A stretch of 56,028 nt of DNA from a virus (lineage: Duplodnaviria > Caudoviricetes): positions 1 to 56,028 of IMG/VR virus record IMGVR_UViG_3300041809_000290. One strand, 5' to 3'. Each line of letters begins with the position of its first letter. Within the stretch, counting starts at the first letter, position 1. Shown here one piece after another: positions 7,324-16,796 of the stretch. Under the pieces are notes generated by a model. It was not told the origin of the DNA and made no database searches. It saw only the letters and a program-made list of their open reading frames with translations. The translations under genes were made by a program, and so were the position numbers.

Positions 7324-7348
7324 AATTCCGTGTCATCATCACGGAATT
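7324..7348. repeat. Dispersed 25-bp palindrome, copy 1
   Basis: AATTCCGTG-TCATCAT-CACGGAATT. Confidence 0.9.
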
Positions 7349-7415
7349 GATTCTATTATAGAAGGTTGCTAATCGGACAATCCATGTGGTATCATTATTC
7401 GAATAGGAGAAGCGC

Positions 7416-8153
7416 GTGATGCTCAGATTAGTGGTTCCCGTTGAATCTCGTTTAATGAAATCCCGACAACAAAATTCAACTCAAGGAGTTCGACTTGTCG
7501 TCAACGAGGATTCATGCAAGATTGAGAGCAAGCAAAGCACGACCCGTTGGAAGAATATTGAAAAAAGCCATCAATCAACAATTGTATTACAACGGGGATC
7601 AAGACCATCCCAAAAACAAGTTGCGTTATTGTCGAAGAATAATAGTCGATTACAGAGTAAATGCGAGAATGCGATCATTGAAAAACTCGCAGAGATCGAA
7701 CACGATAGATGGAGTGGGCAAGCTAGAACTGCTTTAGATAAAATGGATAATGAACGAAGAACGAGATGGGATAAATTGTCCAAGACTCCATATGATAAAT
7801 TAACAGAGGAAATGAAACAAAAATATAGGGATCAAGTTTATGAATATTGGCCTATAATTAAATCATTTATTTTATCGATGATGGGCAGGAAATTTAAGAA
7901 AAGTTTAACTGATTTGTGGGTTGTTCCTCGAAGTCCTGGTATGTCTGTTGAAAATCATTCCAAGAAAACATTTAGAGTAATTGATGACAAACAATCGCTG
8001 TTTGACACTGACGAAGAACAACAGAAGAAGCAAGAGAAGAACAATACTGAATTGAAGATAATAAACAAGCATCGTAAGAAGGCCGTGAACCACCAAATTC
8101 AACAATCAAGAACTTCTATTGATCCCGTATATGCGCCAGAGCAAATGTATTAG
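7416..8153 (+). CDS. Protein with RyR-like domain
   Basis: EKLAEIEHDRW...TPYDKLTEEMKQKYR resembles the RyR repeat motif; several xxKS motifs. Confidence 0.6.
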   Translation: MMLRLVVPVESRLMKSRQQNSTQGVRLVVNEDSCKIESKQSTTRWKNIEKSHQSTIVLQRGSRPSQKQVALLSKNNSRLQSKCENAIIEKLAEIEHDRWSGQARTALDKMDNERRTRWDKLSKTPYDKLTEEMKQKYRDQVYEYWPIIKSFILSMMGRKFKKSLTDLWVVPRSPGMSVENHSKKTFRVIDDKQSLFDTDEEQQKKQEKNNTELKIINKHRKKAVNHQIQQSRTSIDPVYAPEQMY

Positions 8154-8164
8154 GAGGGTTTGAA

Positions 8165-8731
8165 ATGGAACGACCTGGATGGGCAGACACTAAACCATGG
8201 GAAAAGTTTCCTGAGGATGTACGGGCTGACATTAGGATTAATGATAACTATATCAAGGACTTGGCTCCATACATTGCACATGAAATGTTGGTGGACGCTT
8301 ATCTCAATGCGGCGGACGAGAACACTCGTCATGATATAAATATAGTTGGAATGTACGAAGGATTTTGTGGGGCTGATAAGTTTTCTTTGTATTATAATCG
8401 TCCTCGTAAAATTCTTGATGAGACGTTGCTGTGTCCTAGACGGTTGGAGAGCCTTTCAGGGGAAATGTTTCCAGGTCGCGACCATTGGGCGAGAATAGGC
8501 GATTGGCGTTGCTGTAGTTTCTGTGGGTCTATGCACCCTGATGATGTGATAGAGGCTGTTAAGAAGTTTGGAACAACTATCGTAAGTACTTGTGATAAAT
8601 CCTACAAACGATATATACATTTGCCGAATACACCTAATGCGGGATTCGGTCCTATTAAATTTTATACCATGCACTTCAGCGATGAACAACGTAAGGCATT
8701 TAATGATTTGCTATTTAGTAGCGATCTGTAA
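8165..8731 (+). CDS. Hypothetical protein (CSFCGSMHP motif)
   Basis: ORF with AGGAGG RBS. Confidence 0.75.
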   Translation: MERPGWADTKPWEKFPEDVRADIRINDNYIKDLAPYIAHEMLVDAYLNAADENTRHDINIVGMYEGFCGADKFSLYYNRPRKILDETLLCPRRLESLSGEMFPGRDHWARIGDWRCCSFCGSMHPDDVIEAVKKFGTTIVSTCDKSYKRYIHLPNTPNAGFGPIKFYTMHFSDEQRKAFNDLLFSSDL

Positions 8732-8739
8732 AGGTAAAT

Positions 8740-9825
8740 ATGTCGAAACTTGTTATTGAAGTTGAAGATCCTCTTGTTGATTCCCAGGACAAATACGAAA
8801 AGGCAGTAGAGTCTTTGTCCAAGGCTCTTGGAATCAAACAATTTAAGGAAGAGTCTCATGAGCACGCCGAAACAACACCTTATAATTCATTAAAGGAACT
8901 AACTGATGATACTGTCAACGAGGTTCAACGTAAGCTATTCAGATTTTATACCGAAATAAGAGAGCAATGGATTTCGAGATCAATAAAGAAAGCAAAGGAC
9001 GGACGTATACTAAAACTAAATGGCAAGATATATTTAAATCCGAAGACTGGGAAGCCTTTAACAATATCTGAATGGAACGCAATAAAGAAGGATATCGATA
9101 ATCTCACTTCATGGATATTTGGAAATTATGATGAATCTCTTGTGAAGCGGGCTTTAGCTCTTGGGAGGATTCTACAAGGATTTGATACAATTGAAGAACG
9201 AATTGACTCGTCTATCGAAGACCTTGATATACCAAGAGTGATAAATTCTATAACGCATGATGAACTATATCGTGATATTATTAACTATGGAATGATCCAT
9301 ACTGGCGAATTAATAACCGATTTGACAAATAGGGCACGCAAGAAAATAGTCCAGGTGATTATGGATTCTTATAACAATAAGTCAACATCGAGAGAATTAA
9401 CTCAGGATTTATTCGATGCGTTCTCTACACTAAATAGGGATTGGCGACGAATCGCTGAGACTGAATTAGCATACAATTTTAATTCCGGCTATATGCTTGC
9501 CGAACTTGAACAATTGCCAGAAGGACAAGACTACGTATTTATGGAAGGTATTGCAGGAGGAGGCGCTTGTCCATTCTGTGCAAATAATGTGGATAGGAAA
9601 GAATTCGTATTGCTTAAATCCGCTCCCAAGGGTGGGGGCGATGTTGTTGAGATAGATGGTGACGAATATACGGCAATATGGCCGGGGAAGACTAATGAAA
9701 ATAGGTCAAGGTCTATGTGGAGGGTTTGCGTCATAAATCATCCGAATTGTTTGTGTACGTACATTAAGATCGATTATAGATCGGACGACTTTAGCAAGAG
9801 ATTGCGGGAAGTCGTTGAGCAATGA
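8740..9825 (+). CDS. Head morphogenesis protein (Mu gpF/SPP1 gp7-like)
   Basis: RDWRRIAETE, CPFC, HPNCLC motifs. Confidence 0.8.
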   Translation: MSKLVIEVEDPLVDSQDKYEKAVESLSKALGIKQFKEESHEHAETTPYNSLKELTDDTVNEVQRKLFRFYTEIREQWISRSIKKAKDGRILKLNGKIYLNPKTGKPLTISEWNAIKKDIDNLTSWIFGNYDESLVKRALALGRILQGFDTIEERIDSSIEDLDIPRVINSITHDELYRDIINYGMIHTGELITDLTNRARKKIVQVIMDSYNNKSTSRELTQDLFDAFSTLNRDWRRIAETELAYNFNSGYMLAELEQLPEGQDYVFMEGIAGGGACPFCANNVDRKEFVLLKSAPKGGGDVVEIDGDEYTAIWPGKTNENRSRSMWRVCVINHPNCLCTYIKIDYRSDDFSKRLREVVEQ

Positions 9826-9852
9826 TAGACTTAAATTAATAGGAGATAATAA

Positions 9853-10437
9853 ATGAACTTTCTAAGTCTATTCGGACGATACTTAGTAGCTAGAAGCGGC
9901 GGAATGGTTGAATCTCCCTGGATGATGGCTGCTGTTGACATGGGAGACTGTTTCTTAGGTACTGTTAATCCAACTACGTTAGCTGCATCAGGAACGATGC
10001 AGATACTATTGTCGATCCCCGTTGGTGTAGCTGCACACGTAAAAGATATGATGTGCAATTTAAACCAAGCATATTCTGTAGCGATAAGCTATTTAAGCGG
10101 AGCATGGGCTAAAACAGGACAACAACCTGTACTGAATTTAAATCTTGCAAACTATGGAGCATTGAAATCTCCCAAATGTTCGCTATGGTCTGGTTACACA
10201 GGTTCTCCTACATTAAATCCAATATTCACGGCAAATCTTCCTGCTACTGTAGGACATGAGAACTTGCTGTCGGGCGAGAATGAGAAGATAATCAAGGGCG
10301 GTGGTGCTGGAGCCCCTGGAACTTTTATGGATTACTTAATAGTTATAACCAATACTTCTGCTAGTTCCATGACTAACCCGTTCTTTAAATTGAGATGGGT
10401 TGAGGACGTGGATACTACTAATACTGCTGGACCGTAA
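9853..10437 (+). CDS. Putative virion structural protein
   Basis: ORF with RBS, located in head module. Confidence 0.6.
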   Translation: MNFLSLFGRYLVARSGGMVESPWMMAAVDMGDCFLGTVNPTTLAASGTMQILLSIPVGVAAHVKDMMCNLNQAYSVAISYLSGAWAKTGQQPVLNLNLANYGALKSPKCSLWSGYTGSPTLNPIFTANLPATVGHENLLSGENEKIIKGGGAGAPGTFMDYLIVITNTSASSMTNPFFKLRWVEDVDTTNTAGP

Positions 10438-10474
10438 TGCGCGATAAAGCGCTACGAGTATAAAGGAGAACTCT

Positions 10475-10831
10475 ATGAGTGACACTGTTGATTCCAGCGC
10501 TCCGGTGACTTCCGATCCGGCAGCGGCCGCTTCCGATCCTTCTGTGTCTTCCGCTGCCCCCGCTACGGATGAGGCTGCTACGGATGCTGCGGCCGATTCC
10601 AGCGCTCCGGCTGCCGACGCTTCCGCTGCTCCGACTGACCAAGGAGGTTCCCCTGTGTTGACCGCCGAATCTTCCGCTGCGGTAGTTTCTGATCCGAATA
10701 ATGCTCCTGTGGCTTCTCCGTCTTACACTCTGGAGCAGAGGGTGTCGCAACTCGAAGGCGCAGTGAAGCATCTTGCTGCACAGGTAGGACAGGTTCAAAT
10801 CGAAGTTCTATTTCCTTCGCTCGGGTCGTGA
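10475..10831 (+). CDS. Ala/Ser/Asp/Pro-rich low-complexity protein with C-terminal coiled coil
   Basis: AAGGAG RBS; composition; LEQRVSQLE. Confidence 0.7.
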   Translation: MSDTVDSSAPVTSDPAAAASDPSVSSAAPATDEAATDAAADSSAPAADASAAPTDQGGSPVLTAESSAAVVSDPNNAPVASPSYTLEQRVSQLEGAVKHLAAQVGQVQIEVLFPSLGS

Positions 10832-10840
10832 GTGTTCCTG

Positions 10841-10882
10841 CCTCGCGTGCTGCTTGGGGGATCGGTAGTACGCGGGGATTTT
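10841..10882 (+). terminator. Probable intrinsic terminator
   Basis: CCTCGCGTGCTGC...GTAGTACGCGGGG-ATTTT. Confidence 0.6.
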
Positions 10883-10899
10883 AATTCAAGGAGGTTCTT

Positions 10900-11100
10900 A
10901 TGCTATTGGTTATATTAATGAAGTCTGATGGTGTCAAAGAACCTCCCTATCCCAAAGGCAAACGAAAAGTTAAACTCGTAATGAATGAATGGAAGCATGG
11001 TAAACTTCACAGCGGTTCTAAGAAAGGTCCTAAAGTAAAATCACAAAAGCAGGCCGTGGCTATAGCATTGGAAGAGCAAAGAAATCATCCAAACAAGTAA
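10900..11100 (+). CDS. DUF6496-like small basic protein
   Basis: VMNEWKHGKLHSG...VKSQKQAVAIAL motif. Confidence 0.7.
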   Translation: MLLVILMKSDGVKEPPYPKGKRKVKLVMNEWKHGKLHSGSKKGPKVKSQKQAVAIALEEQRNHPNK

Positions 11101-11107
11101 GGATAAT

Positions 11108-11278
11108 ATGGACAATAAGTTTCCGGTTAAATTGGTCATATCCCCGAATGCTCAATATGAAGAAAGGCGTTGCCAGAAGTGCAATGCATTACTACTTCGA
11201 GAACTGCACAAGAGTATTCGGGAACCACATAGCATTGAAATAAAATGTCGTCGTTGCGGCACTATTTGTCTATTATAG
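11108..11278 (+). CDS. Com-like (phage Mu) zinc-ribbon regulator, 56 aa
   Basis: Not in ORF track; RCQKCNALL...IEIKCRRCG. Confidence 0.75.
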   Translation: MDNKFPVKLVISPNAQYEERRCQKCNALLLRELHKSIREPHSIEIKCRRCGTICLL

Positions 11279-11325
11279 GAAGGTGATTGCTAGTTAAGTA
11301 CGTTTGGACGTACTCTTAAATAAGA

Positions 11326-11370
11326 AGAGCCTCATAGAGGGCCGTCGAGTTAACACTCGGCGGTCTTTTT
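11326..11370 (+). promoter_or_regulatory. AGAG repeats plus terminator-like hairpin before the prohead protease
   Basis: AGAGCC-tcat-AGAGGG, then GGCCGTCGAGT-taac-ACTCGGCGGTC-TTTTT. Confidence 0.55.
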
Positions 11371-11373
11371 ATT

Positions 11374-12354
11374 TTGGCGATGATGGAGATTGACATGGAA
11401 GACTTGTTTAAGGATATGAGCGAGAATTTCAATGATCTCTGCTATGCTCCATTCGGCACGGGACAAGTTTTAATTAAAGGTGTTAAAGAAGATGGCGAGA
11501 TGATAATCTATGCCGAAGCTTCTAATGAAGGATTGGATCAAGAAGGCGAAACTGTATTACAAAAAGCTTTGATGGAGAATAAGTATTATTATTTGGACCA
11601 TGGCGTAATCAGTTGGAATCATCAACATAGAACATTGGGAGATCCAAGATTTATTATCGGGGAGCCTCTTGATGTCCGATTTAATACCGAAGACCGTAGG
11701 ACCCTATTAAAGGGCCGTCTCTATGATCAGAACGACATTGCTCTTGGCGTCTGGAAGAACATTCAATCAAAAGCTCGTCTTGGAGCTTCGGTAGGTGGAG
11801 GAATACTTAACAAGAGCAAAGAAGGAACAATAAACAAGGTACTTTGGAATGACACCGCTCTGACACATGCGCCGATGTTGGATTCTACGATAGGTTCAGT
11901 AACTCAAGTACCATACAAAGAGTTCATGAAAGCCTTAATGGCCGGAAGCGGAGTTAACGCGGCTCTTTATACCGGCGGTCGTGCGCTAACTTCCGAGACT
12001 ACTCGAAGAAATCGTCGATATCAGGCTGCATTTCATAATCGTAAATTATATAACAATGATGATGGTGACAGCAATGGTGAGATGCGTCGTAAGATGAACA
12101 ATCGAGAAGATGTAAAAGGTGAATACGATCATGTAGATAATTCTTCCTATAAAGATGACCCGAGATTACTCTACGGTATGGCCAGAACTTTATTTGATGC
12201 ACTTCTCCTCGAAATTAACAATGGTCAAATTGAAGATTGGAAGGATATTCATGAATTTATTAATAGTCAGAATTTACCGGACGACGTATTGACACTAATC
12301 ACAGGTTTCATTGCTCGAAATGTCCCTGGCCTTACTTGGTCAAGGGATAAATAA
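11374..12354 (+). CDS. Prohead protease (likely start 11395)
   Basis: ASNEGLDQEGE, WNH, IIGEP, GASVGG motifs; precedes scaffold and capsid. Confidence 0.85.
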   Translation: MAMMEIDMEDLFKDMSENFNDLCYAPFGTGQVLIKGVKEDGEMIIYAEASNEGLDQEGETVLQKALMENKYYYLDHGVISWNHQHRTLGDPRFIIGEPLDVRFNTEDRRTLLKGRLYDQNDIALGVWKNIQSKARLGASVGGGILNKSKEGTINKVLWNDTALTHAPMLDSTIGSVTQVPYKEFMKALMAGSGVNAALYTGGRALTSETTRRNRRYQAAFHNRKLYNNDDGDSNGEMRRKMNNREDVKGEYDHVDNSSYKDDPRLLYGMARTLFDALLLEINNGQIEDWKDIHEFINSQNLPDDVLTLITGFIARNVPGLTWSRDK

Positions 12355-13344
12355 ATGGAGGATCATATGGATAAGGTGAAGGTGAAGAAGGACGGAGACA
12401 AGACGAAGAAGTCTTCGCCGGTCTCGACTCTTCGCAAAGCGTTTCTTGATTCCGCTGCCGAAATGGCCAAGTCTCTTGATTCGGTTGGCGACGGGGATGA
12501 TTCGCGCAAAGCGATGAGAATTTCTAGGTCCCAAGAGACCACCCATGGTAAAGATCAGAAGCTTGGTTCCAAGATCAAAATGGACACCGAGGACGATGGT
12601 CTTGATGAGCATGTCGCCGACGATCGTGCCAATCAGGACACGGATGAGTGGGACGACGAGGAGGAGTTTACTCAGGACAAGGAAGAGGGTGACAAGGAAG
12701 AGGACGAGGAGGATTCCAGTTCCGACTCTGGCGACGATGATGAGGATTTTGACAAGAACGAAGTCAAGCAAAGAATCAAGGATGAGGGGAACGACGCAAA
12801 GCTTAGTCGTGCTATGAAGAAGAATCACATCAAGAAGTCGAAGTCTCTTATCGACGAGCTTTCCGCCGATGACGAGGTTTCGGAAGCGCTTGATGTGTCT
12901 CCCTTCCTTAAACGACTTACGAAGGGTCTTTCCGATCGGTTGGAATCGATGCAAGAATCTCTTGCTAAGTCGCAGCAAGAGGACATCAAGTCGCATCTTC
13001 GGCCGATGGCCAAGAGCATACAGGCTCTAGGTGAGATGGTAACTGCTGTATTCGATAGCGTCGAAGTTATTGGATCGCAGCCTCAGAAGTCTGCTTCGCT
13101 TCTGAAATCTCAGCACGACCGGTTCTATGGCTCGCCTGAGAAGAAGGAAGGTGATAAGGATAGCGCGGCGGACATGGAAGTGCTCGAAAAGTCTATGGAT
13201 ATGCAAAAGGTGCTCACCATTTCTTCGCAGATTTTCGATCCGAAGACCTGCGCAAAGATTCAGGGGCGTCTTAATAAAGGCATCCCACTTGAACCCGAGT
13301 GGATTGCCAAAATTCTCAAGAATGCCGCGAAGGAGGATAAATAA
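12355..13344 (+). CDS. Capsid scaffolding protein
   Basis: Acidic/coiled-coil, many (L/M)xK(S/A/G) motifs, between protease and capsid genes. Confidence 0.7.
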   Translation: MEDHMDKVKVKKDGDKTKKSSPVSTLRKAFLDSAAEMAKSLDSVGDGDDSRKAMRISRSQETTHGKDQKLGSKIKMDTEDDGLDEHVADDRANQDTDEWDDEEEFTQDKEEGDKEEDEEDSSSDSGDDDEDFDKNEVKQRIKDEGNDAKLSRAMKKNHIKKSKSLIDELSADDEVSEALDVSPFLKRLTKGLSDRLESMQESLAKSQQEDIKSHLRPMAKSIQALGEMVTAVFDSVEVIGSQPQKSASLLKSQHDRFYGSPEKKEGDKDSAADMEVLEKSMDMQKVLTISSQIFDPKTCAKIQGRLNKGIPLEPEWIAKILKNAAKEDK

Positions 13345-13346
13345 TC

Positions 13347-14795
13347 ATGGATCTTATCAACAGTTTTGACATGGGGTACGAGGGGTTCTCTCGTGCGAAT
13401 GAGGAGACCCTTGAGGCTCTGTCTAAGGCTCTTCAGGCCGGATCGGGTGTCAACGCTGCCTCCTTCACCGGTGGTCGTGCGTTAACTCCGGAAAGTCTGG
13501 ATTCGGTTCTTGTTTCGGTTCTTCATACCACGGAGGAAGCACGTCTCTTCCAGCGGCTCAAGAAGAATCCGGTCAAGTCCGTGGTTCACCAGTGGAATTA
13601 CCGCTCTGATGTAGGACCTGACTACGCAGGGTGGACCTCGGAAGGTGGTACTGCGGTTTCGACCGACCAGACCATCGCTCGTAACTATGTGACCGCGAAG
13701 TACCTTCAGACGATGCGGACCGTTACGTTACAGGCTGCCACTTCCAACATGCTCGAGGACGCAATCGCGATCGAACAGGAAGCGGGCGCTCTGTGGCTCG
13801 TCCGAAATATCGAGAAGGCGATGTTCAAGGGTAACTCCACGAACAACACCTATGAGCCGGATGGTCTTGAATCTCAGCTTACGGGACAGATACAGGGTAG
13901 CGGTGCTACTTCTGGCGGTCTCGCTAATGCTGCCAACATCATCGACCTTCGTGGCGCCGATGCTACTTCCGCGATTTTCGAAAACGCCATCAACAACGGC
14001 GCGAAAATAATCAGGCAGAACTTCGGTGTTCCGACTCACTGCTTCACTTCTATATCGGTTATGACCGATGTGCAGCAACTTCTTCGCGATCGTATACGTT
14101 TCGGTGCTGGCGCCAATCTCGGTTCGGCCATCTTCAACGAATATCCGACTCCCTTTGGTAAGTTTGAACTTGTTGACGATGTGTTTAACGTGGAAGGCAC
14201 CACTCCTGACGTGTCGGCTGTTTCAGGTATTCCGGGAACGACCACTGCGTTGACGATGGCTTCGCCTACTATTAACGTTGATGCAAACTCCCAGTTTGCT
14301 AATACGGATGCGGGCAACTACTTCTACCAAGTTTCCCCTCTCAATCAGTACGGACCTGGTGCGGCGGTTAATACGACCGTTGCCGCTGCTGCCGTTTCTG
14401 GTTCGAACGTCAGTATCAACATAACGCAGCAGCCGGTTCCGGCCGCTACCGCGTTCAAGGTCTATCGGTCGCAGAAAGGAGCTACCTCCGCTACCAGTGG
14501 AGCGGGGTGTCTCTATATGTTTACCGTAGCCTTGGCCAACCTCACTGGAAGCAACATCATCGATGAGAACAGCTATCTTCCCGGTACTTCGAGCGTTTAC
14601 ATCCTGAATCTCAACCCGGTATATAACGCGATCGAATGGGTGCAGTTTCTTCCGATGATGAAGTTTGACCTTTACCCTACCAACGCGGCCGTCTACCCGT
14701 TCCTGATGCTGCTCTTCGGTGCTCTCGCTCTCAAGAAACCGAATCAGCATATAAGGATAAAGAACGTCAGCCCGTCCACCCTTGGGTGGTTCTAA
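13347..14795 (+). CDS. Major capsid protein
   Basis: ALSK|AL...GGRALTPESLD N-terminus of Herelleviridae-like type; strong codon bias; followed by a terminator. Confidence 0.9.
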   Translation: MDLINSFDMGYEGFSRANEETLEALSKALQAGSGVNAASFTGGRALTPESLDSVLVSVLHTTEEARLFQRLKKNPVKSVVHQWNYRSDVGPDYAGWTSEGGTAVSTDQTIARNYVTAKYLQTMRTVTLQAATSNMLEDAIAIEQEAGALWLVRNIEKAMFKGNSTNNTYEPDGLESQLTGQIQGSGATSGGLANAANIIDLRGADATSAIFENAINNGAKIIRQNFGVPTHCFTSISVMTDVQQLLRDRIRFGAGANLGSAIFNEYPTPFGKFELVDDVFNVEGTTPDVSAVSGIPGTTTALTMASPTINVDANSQFANTDAGNYFYQVSPLNQYGPGAAVNTTVAAAAVSGSNVSINITQQPVPAATAFKVYRSQKGATSATSGAGCLYMFTVALANLTGSNIIDENSYLPGTSSVYILNLNPVYNAIEWVQFLPMMKFDLYPTNAAVYPFLMLLFGALALKKPNQHIRIKNVSPSTLGWF

Positions 14796-14823
14796 TCTCT
14801 AGCGATTAAATAACAGCCAACAA

Positions 14824-14857
14824 GCGGCCCTGGGAAACTAAACACCAGGGCCGTTTT
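14824..14857 (+). terminator. Intrinsic terminator
   Basis: GCGGCCCTGG...CCAGGGCCGT-TTT. Confidence 0.85.
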
Positions 14858-14878
14858 GGCACAGGTCAGGAGGACCAG

Positions 14879-15784
14879 ATGAACTATCTTCGTGATTCAT
14901 TTGCACGTCTCAAAGGATTTAGGCGTTTGTATCAACGAAAGTATGCGTTTTGCCGACAGGCCATCATTCCTGTTGGGAACGCCGGACTTTGGTCTTGTCC
15001 GGGAATCTGGAAGGGCGACAAGATAAGTTCTATTGATTATTTCCCTACTACTTCTATGGTAGCACCGAGTGGATCAATAACTAACTCGGAAACTTCTATT
15101 GCTAAACTTTACATGCCGCCTAACTCTCTTCAAGCCGGAGCTGGATTTATGCTTACTGCTTATGGAACCGTTACCTCGACGGTTGCCAATAGCATAACCA
15201 TAAATATAAGAATTGGAACAACCACTTTAACTGGGACGATACCCCTTGCATTTGCGGCAACAGGTACTACCTCCGCTTCTAGTGCTCCATTTCAGATAAA
15301 CGCATTTATCGTAATTAGAACTACGGGTGCGAGCGGTACCATTCTTGGCCATGGTGCAGCTATTACCAATACTACGGCGGGCGCCACTCAGGCATTCTCT
15401 CTCGCTCAGGTTCTCGGAACTGCGACGAGCGTGGCCGTTAATACTACCGTATCCAATCTTATCGAGCTTACATGCGTTACGGGAGCGTCTACTACTGCGG
15501 TAACGTTCCAAAATGTATGCTTTGAATATTCGGCCGCGGTCGATCTGACTCCGTTCTGTCAAGGCGCCACTCCCGAATCTTCTATAATGGGGCCGCTCGC
15601 CACTGTTCCCGGAGTTGTTGTTGCTACTCAAACCGGCGTAGGGTCCATTAATCAGGTGAATGGTTCCATCGATATGACTCCTCTTCCTTTCAATTTGATG
15701 TCGGGAAACGCTACCGTCCAATGGGAGTCGTATATAGATAGAGTTTCACTCGCAACCTCATCTTCGCCTGAGCTTCTAGAGTAG
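14879..15784 (+). CDS. Putative head decoration/fibre protein
   Basis: Thr/Ala/Gly-rich; follows the capsid gene. Confidence 0.6.
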   Translation: MNYLRDSFARLKGFRRLYQRKYAFCRQAIIPVGNAGLWSCPGIWKGDKISSIDYFPTTSMVAPSGSITNSETSIAKLYMPPNSLQAGAGFMLTAYGTVTSTVANSITINIRIGTTTLTGTIPLAFAATGTTSASSAPFQINAFIVIRTTGASGTILGHGAAITNTTAGATQAFSLAQVLGTATSVAVNTTVSNLIELTCVTGASTTAVTFQNVCFEYSAAVDLTPFCQGATPESSIMGPLATVPGVVVATQTGVGSINQVNGSIDMTPLPFNLMSGNATVQWESYIDRVSLATSSSPELLE

Positions 15785-15795
15785 GAGAACAACAG

Positions 15796-16329
15796 ATGTC
15801 AGCCACAGTTGTATTAGCTGAAAGCAATGGACCCTCTGCTTCTAGGGTAGAGACTTTAAATCCACCCAATCTCAATATGGGAAGCGCTGATGCAGTTGGG
15901 CTGTCACCTGTTACTTATCCTATAACAGCAAAAGCCAATGGTTGTTCTTACGAAAAGTGGGAACGACTTCAAGTTCAAGCTTTGGGGGGAAGTAACCAAG
16001 TAGACAATTTTGAAGTTTGGTTATCCAGCTTAGGAGGGGGTTATTTAACTGGTGAGGGCATGGTCTGCAACCTCGCTACATCAGGATATGCGGCCGCGAC
16101 GTATCCTTCTGGTGGACCGTCCGGAAATCCATCCACGGTAGCGCTCAATACAATGCCGATCGCCCAACCTTCGGGACCCAATTTGGGTATAGGTGGAAGT
16201 CTTGCTGGAGTAATAAGTGCCGTTCCTGCATATTCTGATTTCATGGTATTGCAAACTACAGTTACGGCCTCTACGCCTGCTGGGAACTCCAATACCAAGA
16301 CTATCACGATACAATGGAACGAGATGTAG
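15796..16329 (+). CDS. Putative virion structural protein
   Basis: ORF with RBS; Gly/Ser-rich. Confidence 0.6.
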   Translation: MSATVVLAESNGPSASRVETLNPPNLNMGSADAVGLSPVTYPITAKANGCSYEKWERLQVQALGGSNQVDNFEVWLSSLGGGYLTGEGMVCNLATSGYAAATYPSGGPSGNPSTVALNTMPIAQPSGPNLGIGGSLAGVISAVPAYSDFMVLQTTVTASTPAGNSNTKTITIQWNEM

Positions 16330-16343
16330 AGTTTGGTTGAAAT

Positions 16344-16372
16344 ATGTGGGAGAGTAAAATCTCCCACATTTT
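16344..16372 (+). terminator. Intrinsic terminator
   Basis: ATGTGGGAGA-gtaaaa-TCTCCCACAT-TTT. Confidence 0.8.
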
Positions 16373-16385
16373 AAACTAGAGAACC

Positions 16386-16796
16386 TTGGAGTTTCAAATG
16401 AACAACTTGTCCATATTTATTAAGTTAAAGGGTGATAGCAATCTCAATCCCAATCCTATAGAGTTCTATGACATATTTAAACATAGGCATGAAGTTGATA
16501 CCATAATATTTTTATTTGATTTTAACTCTTATCTTGTAAATATAGAGGAAGGATATTTTTGTATAAACGGTGGACGAAAAGTACAAATGTCAAATTGTAA
16601 TAACTTTGAAAATAGAACTTTAGTATATGCCAAGAAGCATTCTAAAGAAGTTGATATAGGTTCAGAAGAAGAAGTTCGACCCATTCTTATTAATTATTTA
16701 ATTGGAATAGGCGGAGAATTAAACGGCGAACCTGAAATAGTAGCCATACAGTTCACGGAAGATGGAACGGTATGGAGTTGGAGAAATAAAAGATGA
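16386..16796 (+). CDS. Hypothetical protein
   Basis: ORF coupled to the next gene. Confidence 0.65.
   Translation: MEFQMNNLSIFIKLKGDSNLNPNPIEFYDIFKHRHEVDTIIFLFDFNSYLVNIEEGYFCINGGRKVQMSNCNNFENRTLVYAKKHSKEVDIGSEEEVRPILINYLIGIGGELNGEPEIVAIQFTEDGTVWSWRNKR

Noticed and set aside
12340-15721. Long antisense ORFs (e.g. 12340-12996, 14223-14750, 15227-15721; likewise 22123-22788, 49091-49693)
   Set aside because: Shadows of strongly codon-biased sense genes; no RBS or recognisable motifs.
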